NCBI GenBank assembly: GCA_903873705.1 | Contig: CAIQPK010000081.1 | Span: 24,989 to 88,988, forward strand | Length of the DNA: 64,000 bases | DNA from: an uncultured Acidobacteriota bacterium | GTDB taxonomy: Bacteria; Acidobacteriota; Terriglobia; Terriglobales; Acidobacteriaceae | Reading direction: 5' to 3' | Shown: one piece after another, positions 44,459-53,442 of the stretch | Layout of the letters: each line of letters starts with the position of its first letter | How positions within the stretch are numbered: the first letter of the stretch is position 1 | The notes under the pieces: model-generated | The model's database searches: none | Told to the model about the DNA's origin: nothing | Seen by the model: only the letters and a program-made list of their open reading frames with translations | Made by a program: the position numbers and the translations under genes

Positions 44459-45025
44459 TTATCTCCCTGCGACCGCGGTCTCCCCGGGCCGCGCTGTGTG
44501 TGCTTCGTAGTGGCGGCGGAGTTCGGACCGGGCGCGCATGAGGCGGGTGCGGACGGTACCCTCCGGAAGGTTCATGACGAGACCGATCTCGCGGGAGTTG
44601 AGTTCGTCGATGGCCGAGAGCAGGAGCGGCTGACGGAGGTCGGGCGGGAGGCGGTCGATGAGCTGGTTGAGCAGGGCGGCTTCGTCCTGCTGGCGGGTGT
44701 TGTCGTAGGGGCTGGGCCGGGTGTCGATGAGGAGCAGCTCGGCGTCGGGATCGGTTGATGTGGTGCGGCATTGCAGGCGGTCGTAGGCGGTGCGCCAGAC
44801 GGTGCGGGCGAGGAAGGCGCGCTCGTCGTGGACTTGCTGCTGAATGTGCTGCCAGGCGTTGGTGCGGAAGAGTTTGAGCAGGGCATCCTGGACGGCGTCT
44901 TCGGCGTCCTGCGGATGGCGGAGGAGGTTGTGGGCGACGCGATACATGAGGCGCGCGTGCTGGTGGACGATGCGGCTGCAGACCGCATCGCGGGTGATGT
45001 CGGCCGGGTTTGGCGGGTTGACCAA
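44459..45025 (-). CDS. ECF-type RNA polymerase sigma-70 family factor
   Basis: 188 aa. Region 2 AEDAVQDALLKLFR; region 4 LNSREIGLVMNLPEGTVRTRLMRARSELR. Confidence 0.9.
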   Translation of the reverse strand: MVNPPNPADITRDAVCSRIVHQHARLMYRVAHNLLRHPQDAEDAVQDALLKLFRTNAWQHIQQQVHDERAFLARTVWRTAYDRLQCRTTSTDPDAELLLIDTRPSPYDNTRQQDEAALLNQLIDRLPPDLRQPLLLSAIDELNSREIGLVMNLPEGTVRTRLMRARSELRRHYEAHTARPGETAVAGR

Positions 45026-45101
45026 GTTGCCTCTCAGCTACTCAGACCGAGGCTGGGAGAAAAGTGTTCACGAAAAGCCAAAATTTGCCGTTGGGATAGG
45101 C

Positions 45102-48100
45102 ATGGCGGAATTTCGGACAGTTAAGTTCCAAATCGGGAAAAGCGATGGGGTGTGCGCCGGGGTTGACATTGCTCCGGAGGTGCGGGGTCGCGCAGCATCG
45201 TTGCATGGTATCGGGGCAGAGGTGTGGGGTGGGGTGGCGCAGTTGCCGGTAGTGGGTGGTGGGCTCGATGCGGCTCGCCCGCGGCGGCGGAGCCGGGTGC
45301 GGGAGTATGCGGCCATTGCGGGCTGGGTGGTGCTGCTGGGTTTGATGGCGGCATCGGCGGTGCGGGCGCAGGAGCCGGGATGGGAGAGTGCGGCGGGGCG
45401 GCGGGCGCGCGCGGCGAAGTTTGTGGCGGAGCGGGGTGGGGCGCGGGCTGTGACAGCGGCGGGAAGGCCGGCGGTGCTGCCGAGGGCGGGATCGCTGGCG
45501 GCGGCTTGGGTGCCGCTGGGGCCGGCGGCGGTGTTGTCGGCGAGCTACGGGAAGGTGTCAGGGCGGGTGACCGCGGTTGCGGTCGACGCGAGCGATACGA
45601 GCGGGAACACGGTTTATGTGGGGACGACCGGCGGCGGGGTCTGGAAGTCGACCAACGCTGCGGGGGCGCTGGCGGGGGTGAGTTTTTCACCGCTGACGGA
45701 TACGCTACCGGTGTTTGCGGCGAACGGTGTGGCGTCGCTGAGTATTGGCGCTCTGGCGGTGCAGCCGGGGAGTAATCCGGTGGTGCTGGCGGGGACCGGC
45801 GATCCGAATGATGCGACGGACTCTTATTACGGCGAAGGGATTCTGCGGACGGCTGACGGCGGGCTGACGTGGACGCTGGTGCAGGGGTCGCGGGATGGGG
45901 CGAATGGAAACCATTCTTTCATTGGGCTGGGTGTCGCTGGAATGGCGTGGAGCTCGGCTACGCCCGGGCTGGTGGTGGCGGCGCTGTCGCGCTCGGTGGA
46001 GGGAGAGATTGTGGGGGCGCGGAATGCGGCATCGGTGGCAGGGCTGTACGTATCGAGCGATGCGGGTGTGACGTGGCAGATGGCGACGGTTTATGACGGC
46101 GCGAGCGTGGTGCAGGAGCCGCAGCCGCTGGGCACGGGTCAGGTGGGCAACGCGGCGACGGCGGTGGTGTGGAATCCGGTGCGGCAGAAGTTCTATGCGG
46201 CGCTGCGGCAGCATGGGTTCTACGAGAGCGCGGATGGCGTGACGTGGACACGGCTGGCGAGTCAGCCGGGGACGGGGATGTCGGCTGGGGCTTGCCCGGT
46301 GGGGGTGAATGGCGCGGGTGGTGTGGGGTGTCCGGTGTTTCGCGGGGCGCTGGCGGTGCAGCCAGTGAGCGGCGACATGTATGCGCTAAGCGTGGATAGC
46401 GGGAACCATGACAACGGGCTCTGGCAGGACCTGTGCGTGGCGGGGGCCGGTGGGTGCGCAGGGACGGTTTCTTTTGGGGCGCGAATTGATGGCGGGGCGA
46501 TGGAGGTGGGTTCGGGCAGCACGGTGGTGACGCAGGGGGATTACAACCTGGCGTTGGCTGCGGCAGCGACTAGCAGTGGAACGGTGCTGCTGGTGGGAAC
46601 GGTGGATGTCTATCGCTGCGTGATTGCGGCGGGTAGCGGTGGATGCTCGCTGCGGAATACGACGAATGCGTTGAATGGGTGTAACGCTCCGGCGATGGTG
46701 GCTCCGGCGCAGCACACGTTGGCAGCGTTTGGCGCGGCCCCGGTGGTTTGGGTGGGGAATGATGGCGGGCTTTGGCGGTCGCTGGATGGTGTGGCGGAGA
46801 CGGGGGCGCCGTGCAGCGCGGCGGATGCGCAGCACTTTGAGAATGTGAACGGAGCGTTGGGGTCGCTGGCGGAGGTGGTGGGGTTTGCGCAGGATCCTGC
46901 CGTGGCGGACACGCTGCTGGCAGGGATGGGAGCGAACGGGTCGGCGGCGACGACGAAGGCGGCGGCTGACTGGAGCGCGCGAGGGGCGTGGGCGCAGATG
47001 TCGGCGGGTGAGGGCGGGTTTCCGCTGATCGATCCGGGTGTGGCGACCAATTGGTCTATTGCGGCCGGTGCGGGTGTGAGCGAAAAGTTTTGTGGGTCAG
47101 GCGGTGCATGCACAGCGGCGGATTTTGCGGGAACCGCGACGGTGGGGGCGGTGCAGGTGTCGGGTGATGCGTCGGTGCTGGATGCTCCCGTGATGCTGGA
47201 CCCGGGGTTGACGGCGGAGCTGGTGGTGGGTACGTGCCGGGTGTGGCGCGGGATGGCGAACGGGGCGGGTTGGAGCACGGCGAATGCGGTCAGTAAACCT
47301 CTGGGTGGGGGCACGGTGCCGTGCACGTCGGCGAGTGCACTGGTGAGGAGCGTGGGTGCGGGTGGACCGGTGGCGGCGTCGAGCAATGCGCAGCATGCCG
47401 GGTCGACGGTGTTGTATGCGGGCATGGCGGGGACGGTGGATGGCGGCAGGAGTGTGGGTGGGCATGTGTTTGTGACGACTGCCGGCGCTACGGCGGATAG
47501 CGCGACGGCATGGACGGATGTGGGCGTGAGTCCGGTGACGAATGACGTGGCGAATGCGCATGTTTTTAATCCGTTTGGGTTTGATGTGTCGGCGGTCGTA
47601 GTTGATGGGCACGATGCGAGCGGCGGAACGGTGTATGCGACGGTGATGGGGTTTGGGAGCCTGCTGGCGGCGTCGCCGCATGTGTACCGGTCGGCGGACT
47701 TTGGGGCGCACTGGGTGAATGTATCGGCGAACTTGCCGGATGTTCCGGCGAACGCGCTGGCGGTGGACCCGAACGATGCCAACTCGGTTTATGTGGCGAC
47801 GGATACAGGGGTTTATGTGACGTCGCAGGTGTTGACGTGTACGACGGCTAACTGCTGGAGCCTGATGGGAACGGGGTTGCCGAACGCGCCGGTGACAGGG
47901 CTGGCTGCGTCGACTGCCATGCTGACCGGCGACGGGCGCAAAGGAATGCTGCGGGCGGGGACGTACGGGCGCGGGATGTGGGCGGTGCCGCTGCTTTCGG
48001 CGACGAATTTGTTGCAGCCGGCGATGGCGTTTTCGGCGACAGACTTTACGTTCCCGCAAACGGCGGTGAACGCGCAGAGTGCGGCGCAGACGCTGACGAT

Positions 48101-49739
48101 TACGAGTACGGGGAACTCGCCGGTAACGTTTGGCAGCGTGGTGGTGGCGGGTGATTTTGTGGAGACGGATAACTGTGCAGGACAGACGCTGCCGGTGGGG
48201 GCAACGTGTGCGGTGCAGTTGCGGTTTGCGCCGAGCGTGGTGGGTCCGAGGACGGGTGTGTTGACGGTGTTTGCGAATGTGGTGGGCGGGCAGGGGACGG
48301 CGACGCTGGAAGGGACGGGGACGACGCCGGCGGCGATCGTGCTGACGCCGAACTCGCTGACTTTTGCGGCGACGATTGTGAACCAGACAACGGCGGCGCA
48401 GATCATTACGGTGTCGAACACCGGGGGCACGCCGGCGGGGCTGCAGACGCCGGTGGTGACGGGGGATTTTGCGATTACGGCGAATACGTGCGGGGCGACG
48501 TTGGCGGCGAGTACGGGGTGCTCGATTGCGATTGCGTTCACGCCGACGGCCAGCGGGGCGCGGAGTGGGACGCTCTCCATTACAGACGATGCGGGTACGC
48601 AGGTCGCGACGCTGACAGGGACGGGCAATGCGCCGGCGACCGATGCGCTGGGGCCGCTGTCGTTGACGTTTGGGCCGCAGGTGATTGGGACGGCGAGTAC
48701 GGCGCAGCAGGTGTTGCTGACGAATGCGGGCGATGTGGCGTTGACGCTGGTGACGACGAGTGTGACTGGGCCGTTTACGGCGGTGAGTGCGTGCGGGACT
48801 TCGCTGGCGGCGCACTCCAGTTGCGCGGTCAGTGTGGCGTTCGTTCCTTCGGCGACGGGTTCGGTGACGGGCGTATTGACGGTTGGAGATCAATTTCGGT
48901 CGCAGACGGTGGCGCTGGCGGGGACAGGGTTGGCGCCGGCGGGGGTGTCGTTGACGCCGGTGGCTGGGCTGGGGTTTGGGCAGATTGGCGTGGGGCTGAC
49001 GTCGCCGCCGCAGACGTTGACGCTGACCAATAATGGCGGCGTGGCGCTGGGGATTTCGAGTATTGGGGTGAGCGGCGATTTCCGATTGGCCTCGTCGACG
49101 TGTGGGGTATCTCTGGCGGCAGGACAGGCTTGCGCGATGGTGATTGTGTTTGTGCCGACGGTGGGTGGGGCGCGGACGGGGGTGGTGACGCTGATCGACA
49201 CTGCGGCGAGCGGGACGCAGACCGTGGCGTTGACGGGGACGGGGATCGACTTTACGCTGGCGGCGACGGGGCCGACGAGTGTGACGGTGGCGAGCGGGAC
49301 GTCGGCGGTTTATACGCTGGTGCTGACGGCGCCGGTGGGGGTGAATGGCTCGGCGGCGGTGGCGTGTACGGGAGCGCCGGCGCATAGCTTGTGTACGGTG
49401 GCTCCGTCGCCGGTGACGCTGGGCGGCAGTGTGAACGTGACGGTAACGGTGCAGACGGGACTGGCGACGGCTTCGGTGCAGCGGCCGTTTGCCTGGCTGG
49501 GTGATGGCGTGGTGCTGGCGTTGCTGCTGCCGCTGATGATGCGGCGGCGGAAGCTGGCGGCGTTGGTGGTGATGCTGGTGGTGGTGTCGGTGAGCGGTTG
49601 TGGAGCGGGACGGCAGTTGCCTACGGACGGCGGGAGTGCTCCGCCTACGCCTACGCCGGTTGGGACTTACAACCTGACGGTGAGCGGGTCGGCCAGCGGG
49701 GTGTCGCGGAGTGTGGGGCTGGTGCTGGTGGTGAAGTAA
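45102..49739 (+). CDS. giant secreted protein: BNR/Asp-box beta-propeller region plus choice-of-anchor-D (HYDIN/PapD-like Ig) repeats plus C-terminal hydrophobic/RRRK/lipobox module
   Basis: The track ORF start 44844 overlaps the sigma gene, so I take ATG 45102; later GTG starts are possible. Signal AIAGWVVLLGLMAASAVRAQ. Asp-boxes RTADGGLTWTL, SSDAGVTWQM, ESADGVTWTRL, RSADFGAHWVNV. At least four repeats of about 100 aa follow L.F....V......Q.......G......V..GDF.....C...L..G..C.....F.P...G...G.L. Confidence 0.85.
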   Translation: MAEFRTVKFQIGKSDGVCAGVDIAPEVRGRAASLHGIGAEVWGGVAQLPVVGGGLDAARPRRRSRVREYAAIAGWVVLLGLMAASAVRAQEPGWESAAGRRARAAKFVAERGGARAVTAAGRPAVLPRAGSLAAAWVPLGPAAVLSASYGKVSGRVTAVAVDASDTSGNTVYVGTTGGGVWKSTNAAGALAGVSFSPLTDTLPVFAANGVASLSIGALAVQPGSNPVVLAGTGDPNDATDSYYGEGILRTADGGLTWTLVQGSRDGANGNHSFIGLGVAGMAWSSATPGLVVAALSRSVEGEIVGARNAASVAGLYVSSDAGVTWQMATVYDGASVVQEPQPLGTGQVGNAATAVVWNPVRQKFYAALRQHGFYESADGVTWTRLASQPGTGMSAGACPVGVNGAGGVGCPVFRGALAVQPVSGDMYALSVDSGNHDNGLWQDLCVAGAGGCAGTVSFGARIDGGAMEVGSGSTVVTQGDYNLALAAAATSSGTVLLVGTVDVYRCVIAAGSGGCSLRNTTNALNGCNAPAMVAPAQHTLAAFGAAPVVWVGNDGGLWRSLDGVAETGAPCSAADAQHFENVNGALGSLAEVVGFAQDPAVADTLLAGMGANGSAATTKAAADWSARGAWAQMSAGEGGFPLIDPGVATNWSIAAGAGVSEKFCGSGGACTAADFAGTATVGAVQVSGDASVLDAPVMLDPGLTAELVVGTCRVWRGMANGAGWSTANAVSKPLGGGTVPCTSASALVRSVGAGGPVAASSNAQHAGSTVLYAGMAGTVDGGRSVGGHVFVTTAGATADSATAWTDVGVSPVTNDVANAHVFNPFGFDVSAVVVDGHDASGGTVYATVMGFGSLLAASPHVYRSADFGAHWVNVSANLPDVPANALAVDPNDANSVYVATDTGVYVTSQVLTCTTANCWSLMGTGLPNAPVTGLAASTAMLTGDGRKGMLRAGTYGRGMWAVPLLSATNLLQPAMAFSATDFTFPQTAVNAQSAAQTLTITSTGNSPVTFGSVVVAGDFVETDNCAGQTLPVGATCAVQLRFAPSVVGPRTGVLTVFANVVGGQGTATLEGTGTTPAAIVLTPNSLTFAATIVNQTTAAQIITVSNTGGTPAGLQTPVVTGDFAITANTCGATLAASTGCSIAIAFTPTASGARSGTLSITDDAGTQVATLTGTGNAPATDALGPLSLTFGPQVIGTASTAQQVLLTNAGDVALTLVTTSVTGPFTAVSACGTSLAAHSSCAVSVAFVPSATGSVTGVLTVGDQFRSQTVALAGTGLAPAGVSLTPVAGLGFGQIGVGLTSPPQTLTLTNNGGVALGISSIGVSGDFRLASSTCGVSLAAGQACAMVIVFVPTVGGARTGVVTLIDTAASGTQTVALTGTGIDFTLAATGPTSVTVASGTSAVYTLVLTAPVGVNGSAAVACTGAPAHSLCTVAPSPVTLGGSVNVTVTVQTGLATASVQRPFAWLGDGVVLALLLPLMMRRRKLAALVVMLVVVSVSGCGAGRQLPTDGGSAPPTPTPVGTYNLTVSGSASGVSRSVGLVLVVK

Positions 49740-49742
49740 GGG

Positions 49743-50960
49743 TCAGAGGCTTCGTCCGGCGGCTGCGGCGGAGGCCCAGGCCCATTGGAAGTTGTAGCCG
49801 CCGAGCCAGCCGGTGACGTCGACGACTTCGCCGATGAAGTAGAGGCCGGGGGTGCGGCGGCTTTCGAGGGTGCGGGCGTCGAGCTCGTCGGTGTTGACGC
49901 CGCCGGTGGTGACTTCGGCCTTGGCGAAGCCTTCGGTGCCGGCGGGGATGAGGGTCCAGTTGTGGAGGGCGGTCTCGAGGCGGGCGAGGCCGGGGTTGGT
50001 GACGTCGAGTGCGCCGGAGTTCATGAGCCAGCGCTTGGCGAAGCGGGCGGGGAGAACGTTGCAGAGGGTTTGGAGGAGGGTGAGGTCGTCGCGGCGGGCG
50101 TTGGGGGTGAGGAGTGGCGCGAAGACGTTGAGGTTGGGCGCGAGGTCGAAGGTGAGGGATTTGCCTTGCTGCCAGAAGGAGGAGATTTGCAGGACAGCGG
50201 GGCCGCTTAGGCCGCGGTGGGTGATGAGGAGTTTTTCGCGGAAGGTGGGGGTGGGGCGGGGGCGGCCGCGCTGCGGGAGGGGAGTGGGTGATGAGGCGAT
50301 GGTCTCGGTAGAGAGGCCGGCGAGGTCGCACCAGCGGTTGACGTCGTCGGGGGTGAAGGTGAGGGGGACGAGGCCAGGGCGGGGGTCGATGAGGGTGTGG
50401 CCGAAGCGGGTGGCGATCTCGTAGCCGATGCCGGTGGCACCCATTTTCGGTATGGAGAGGCCGCCGGTGGCGACGACGACCGATTGCGCGGTGAAGATGC
50501 CGGTGGTGGTTTCGACTTCGAAGCGGGAGGTGGGGGTGGGGTAGGGGGTGACGGCGATGACGGCGGTGTTGGTGCGGATGTCGACGTGGGCTTCGCGGCA
50601 CTCGGTTTCGAGGAGGGTGACGATGCGCTGGGCGGAGTCGTCGCAGAAGAGCTGGCCGAGGGTCTTCTCGTGGAAGCGGATGTTGTGCTTTTGGACGAGG
50701 GCGATGAAGTCCGCGGGCGTGAAGGCGGCGAGGGCTGATTTGGCGAAGTGAGGGTTGGCGGAGAGGAAGTTTTCGGCGCGGGTGTGGATGTTGGTGAAGT
50801 TGCAGCGGCCGCCGCCGGAGATGAGGATCTTGCGGCCGGGGCGCTCGCCGTGCTCGATGAGGAGGACGCGGCGGTTGCGGCGGCCGGCTTCGAAGGCGCA
50901 CATCATGCCGGCGGCGCCGGCGCCGAGGATGATGACGTCGAAGTTATGGGGTGAAGACAT
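49743..50960 (-). CDS. NAD(P)/FAD-dependent oxidoreductase, HI0933/YhiN (BaiN/RdsA) family
   Basis: 405 aa. FDVIILGAGAAGMMCAFEAGRR...GRKILISGGGRCNFTN...GGYNFQWAWASG-like C-terminus. Confidence 0.9.
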   Translation of the reverse strand: MSSPHNFDVIILGAGAAGMMCAFEAGRRNRRVLLIEHGERPGRKILISGGGRCNFTNIHTRAENFLSANPHFAKSALAAFTPADFIALVQKHNIRFHEKTLGQLFCDDSAQRIVTLLETECREAHVDIRTNTAVIAVTPYPTPTSRFEVETTTGIFTAQSVVVATGGLSIPKMGATGIGYEIATRFGHTLIDPRPGLVPLTFTPDDVNRWCDLAGLSTETIASSPTPLPQRGRPRPTPTFREKLLITHRGLSGPAVLQISSFWQQGKSLTFDLAPNLNVFAPLLTPNARRDDLTLLQTLCNVLPARFAKRWLMNSGALDVTNPGLARLETALHNWTLIPAGTEGFAKAEVTTGGVNTDELDARTLESRRTPGLYFIGEVVDVTGWLGGYNFQWAWASAAAAGRSL

Positions 50961-51090
50961 GAGTCTCGATTGTAGGGGTAAGGCGCAAGCTGTTGAGGTG
51001 CGTGGAGATGAGGTGGGAGGGTTGGAAAGAGCTCAGAGCTTAGAGCGCGTGGGCTTAGAAAGACGCATCGCCGTTGGAGGAGTAGTTGCT

Positions 51091-51213
51091 ATGAAGATGA
51101 CAGCAGGATGGGTGGCGGCAGCGGCGGGAGCATGGGCGGTGGGTCAGCTGCGGCGTGCGGCCGGTGAAGTGGCTCAGGCGGCGAGTAAGACGGTTCATAA
51201 TCTGAACCGGTAA
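51091..51213 (+). CDS. possible 40-aa small hydrophobic protein
   Basis: MKMTAGWVAAAAGAWAVGQLRRAAGEVAQAASKTVHNLNR. GGAGGA lies 9 nt upstream of the ATG, and an intrinsic terminator lies about 90 nt downstream. No homology support is possible here. Confidence 0.3.
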   Translation: MKMTAGWVAAAAGAWAVGQLRRAAGEVAQAASKTVHNLNR

Positions 51214-51302
51214 GGGTGGGGGTGCCCCCCAGACCTGGTCTGCAAAGTCTCAGATTCTATTGGGTGAGGTCTGGTCTGGGGTCTGGTGTGGGTCTCCTTC
51301 TG

Positions 51303-51346
51303 AAAAAATCAGGCCGTCCGGGTTTCCGGACGGCCTGATTTTTTTC
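51303..51346. terminator. bidirectional rho-independent terminator
   Basis: AAAAAA-TCAGGCCGTCCGG-GTTT-CCGGACGGCCTGA-TTTTTTT. A 13-bp perfect GC-rich stem is flanked by an A-run and a T-run. Confidence 0.7.
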
Positions 51347-51522
51347 TGTCTGTTTCTATTTTAGTGGATTGGGGGAGTAAGTACGCCACGATTCTGAAAC
51401 GGAAATGGCCAGTGGTGGTGCGGGTTTTCGAGGTTTTGCAGGGGTGTGGGGGGTTGACAGGATTTGTGACAGTTGTGCCGCGAGGAGGGGGGTACTGGTG
51501 CGGGCGGTGGAGATTCCCCACT

Positions 51523-51558
51523 CATCGCGCGAGAAGATGCGCGATGAATGGGCCACCC
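51523..51558 (+). repeat. REP-like hairpin variant CATCGCGC-GAGAAGAT-GCGCGATG plus AATGGGCCACCC tail
   Basis: Same layout as 39654 and 43446: a stem, a GAGAAG-containing loop, and a TGGG(G/C)CACCC tail. A further small hairpin lies at 51603-51622. Confidence 0.6.
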
Positions 51559-51706
51559 GGCATTTGGGGCGGGTCGGCGGAATGCGGGGATCTCTCCACT
51601 GCGCATCGCAAAGTGCGCGATGCTCCGGTCGAGATGACAGTTTTTTGTGGCACGTGTGAGATTGCAGTCGGGGAATGGGTCGCCGTTCGCTAATTAGACT
51701 GTAGGG

Positions 51707-52951
51707 ATGGCGCAGGCTTCTTCTCTTTCTTCTTCTACAGTGCGGATCAGCAGGCGGGCGGCGGATCGGCTGCGGGCGGGGCATCTGTGGGTTTACAAGT
51801 CGGATGTGGAGAGCGCGGTGGAAGGGCTGGAGCCGGGTTCGCTGGTAATGGTAGTGGATGGGCGCGGGGTACTGGGGACGGCAATTTATTCGGATGCGTC
51901 GCAGATTGCGGCGCGGGTGGTTTCGCGCGAGGCGGGAATGACGCGGGAGGGGTACATTGCCGATGTGAAGGCGAAGCTGTGGGCGGCGCTGGAGCGGCGC
52001 AAGGTGCTGGCTCCGGTGACGGAGCGGGACAATGCGCATCGGCTGGTGTTCAGCGAGGCGGATGGGCTGCCGGGGATGGTGGTGGATCGGTACAACGGGC
52101 TGGTGGTGCTGCAGCTACTGACGCAGGGGACAGCGCAGGACGATGTGCGGGGCGCGGTGGTGGAGGTTCTGCGGGAGGCGTTTGCCGGGGCCGAACTGAC
52201 GGTGTGGGAGCGGCCGGATGCGCGGATTCGGGAGCTGGAGAAGCTGGCGGCTCCGGCGGAAGGGCCGCTGTTTGCCAGCGGTGAGCGCAGCGCGAAGACG
52301 GAGTTCATGCTGAATGGGTTGCGGTTTGAGTATGACGCGGGTGCGGGGCAGAAGACGGGAGCGTTTCTGGATCAGCGGATGAACTATGCGGCGGCGGCGC
52401 GGTGGGTTGCGGCGTCGGGGCGTACGGGGCGGGCCATGGATGTGTGTACCTACCAGGGTGGGTTTGCGCTGCACCTGGCGCAGGTTTGCGAACGGGTGAC
52501 GGGGGTGGATGCGAGTCGCGCGGCGCTGGAGGCGGCGGATAGGAACCTGGAGCGCAATCCTGGGCTGCGTGCGGATGTGGACTGGATGGAGGCGGATGCG
52601 TTTGAGTTATTGCGGGCGCTGGATGGGGCGGGGGAGCGGTTCGATGCGATGGTGCTGGACCCGCCGGCGTTTGCGAAGTCGAAACGCGCGGCTGAAGGGG
52701 CGATGCGGGGGTACAAGGAGTTGAACCTGCGCGCGCTGAGGATGCTGAAGAGCGGTGGGACGCTGGTGACGAACTCGTGCTCGCATCATGTGGGGCTGGA
52801 GGAGTTTACGGCGGTGGTGGCGAGCGCGGCGGCGGATGTGGGGAGACGCGTGCAGGTGCTGGAGGTGCGGGGGGCGGCGGTGGATCATCCGGAGGTGCTG
52901 ACGCTGGCGGAGACGCGGTATTTGAAGTGTCTGGTGTTGCGGGTGGAGTAG
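51707..52951 (+). CDS. class I SAM-dependent rRNA methyltransferase with N-terminal PUA-like domain (RlmI-like)
   Basis: 414 aa. GHLWVYKSDVE, VVDRYNGLVVLQ, QKTGAFLDQR, VLDPPAFAKSK, NSCSHH. Confidence 0.88.
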   Translation: MAQASSLSSSTVRISRRAADRLRAGHLWVYKSDVESAVEGLEPGSLVMVVDGRGVLGTAIYSDASQIAARVVSREAGMTREGYIADVKAKLWAALERRKVLAPVTERDNAHRLVFSEADGLPGMVVDRYNGLVVLQLLTQGTAQDDVRGAVVEVLREAFAGAELTVWERPDARIRELEKLAAPAEGPLFASGERSAKTEFMLNGLRFEYDAGAGQKTGAFLDQRMNYAAAARWVAASGRTGRAMDVCTYQGGFALHLAQVCERVTGVDASRAALEAADRNLERNPGLRADVDWMEADAFELLRALDGAGERFDAMVLDPPAFAKSKRAAEGAMRGYKELNLRALRMLKSGGTLVTNSCSHHVGLEEFTAVVASAAADVGRRVQVLEVRGAAVDHPEVLTLAETRYLKCLVLRVE

Positions 52952-52958
52952 GGCCAAT

Positions 52959-53028
52959 AGTGGGTAGAGGGTAGAGGGTAGAGGGTAGAGGGTAGTGGGT
53001 AGTGGGAGTGAATAGTGAATAGTGAATA
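52959..53028 (+). repeat. period-7 tandem array (GGGTAGA x4, GGGTAGT x2, GTGAATA x3)
   Basis: Read directly. It starts 8 nt after the methyltransferase stop and ends in the junction GTGAATAAGGCAAAGGCAA. Confidence 0.92.
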
Positions 53029-53173
53029 AGGCAAAGGCAACAACAGAGGCGATTTTGTCGCTTCGGCTTCGCCTACGCTCCGGCCTGCGGCAGCGTGGAA
53101 GGGGCTTGTGGAGGTGGCTTTACCTAGGGCTTCGCCCTAGGCTGTAATGGGGCGCGCCTTTGGCGCTTCGGGG

Positions 53174-53318
53174 GCAAAGGCAAAGGTAAAGGCAAGAGCA
53201 AGAGCAAGAGCAAGAGCAAAGGCAAAGGCAAAGGCAAGAGCAGAGGTAAAGGCAAGAGCAGAGGTAAAGGCAAGAGCAAGAGCAAAGGCAAAGGCAAAGG
53301 CAAAGGCAAAGGTAGAGG
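53174..53318 (+). repeat. period-6 tandem array (GCAAAG / GCAAGA / GTAAAG units, about 24 units)
   Basis: Read directly. It is preceded by the hairpin CCTAGGGC-TTC-GCCCTAGG at 53123-53141. Confidence 0.92.
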
Positions 53319-53442
53319 TCACGCCAAAGCGACGGTGGTTGGGTGGGGTGGGATGAAGTTTTCGTCATGATGGGGTTGTAGGGTCGGCGAGGGGAGCTGG
53401 AGTGCATCTGATTTCTCCAGGCGCCCGGGGGGCCTTACCTAC

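Noticed and set aside
44844-45101. The 5' extension of the giant ORF given in the track (start 44844).
   Set aside because: It overlaps the well-supported ECF sigma gene on the opposite strand for about 180 nt. It encodes Arg/Cys/Trp-rich sequence without a signal peptide, whereas the hydrophobic signal sequence appears only after 45102.
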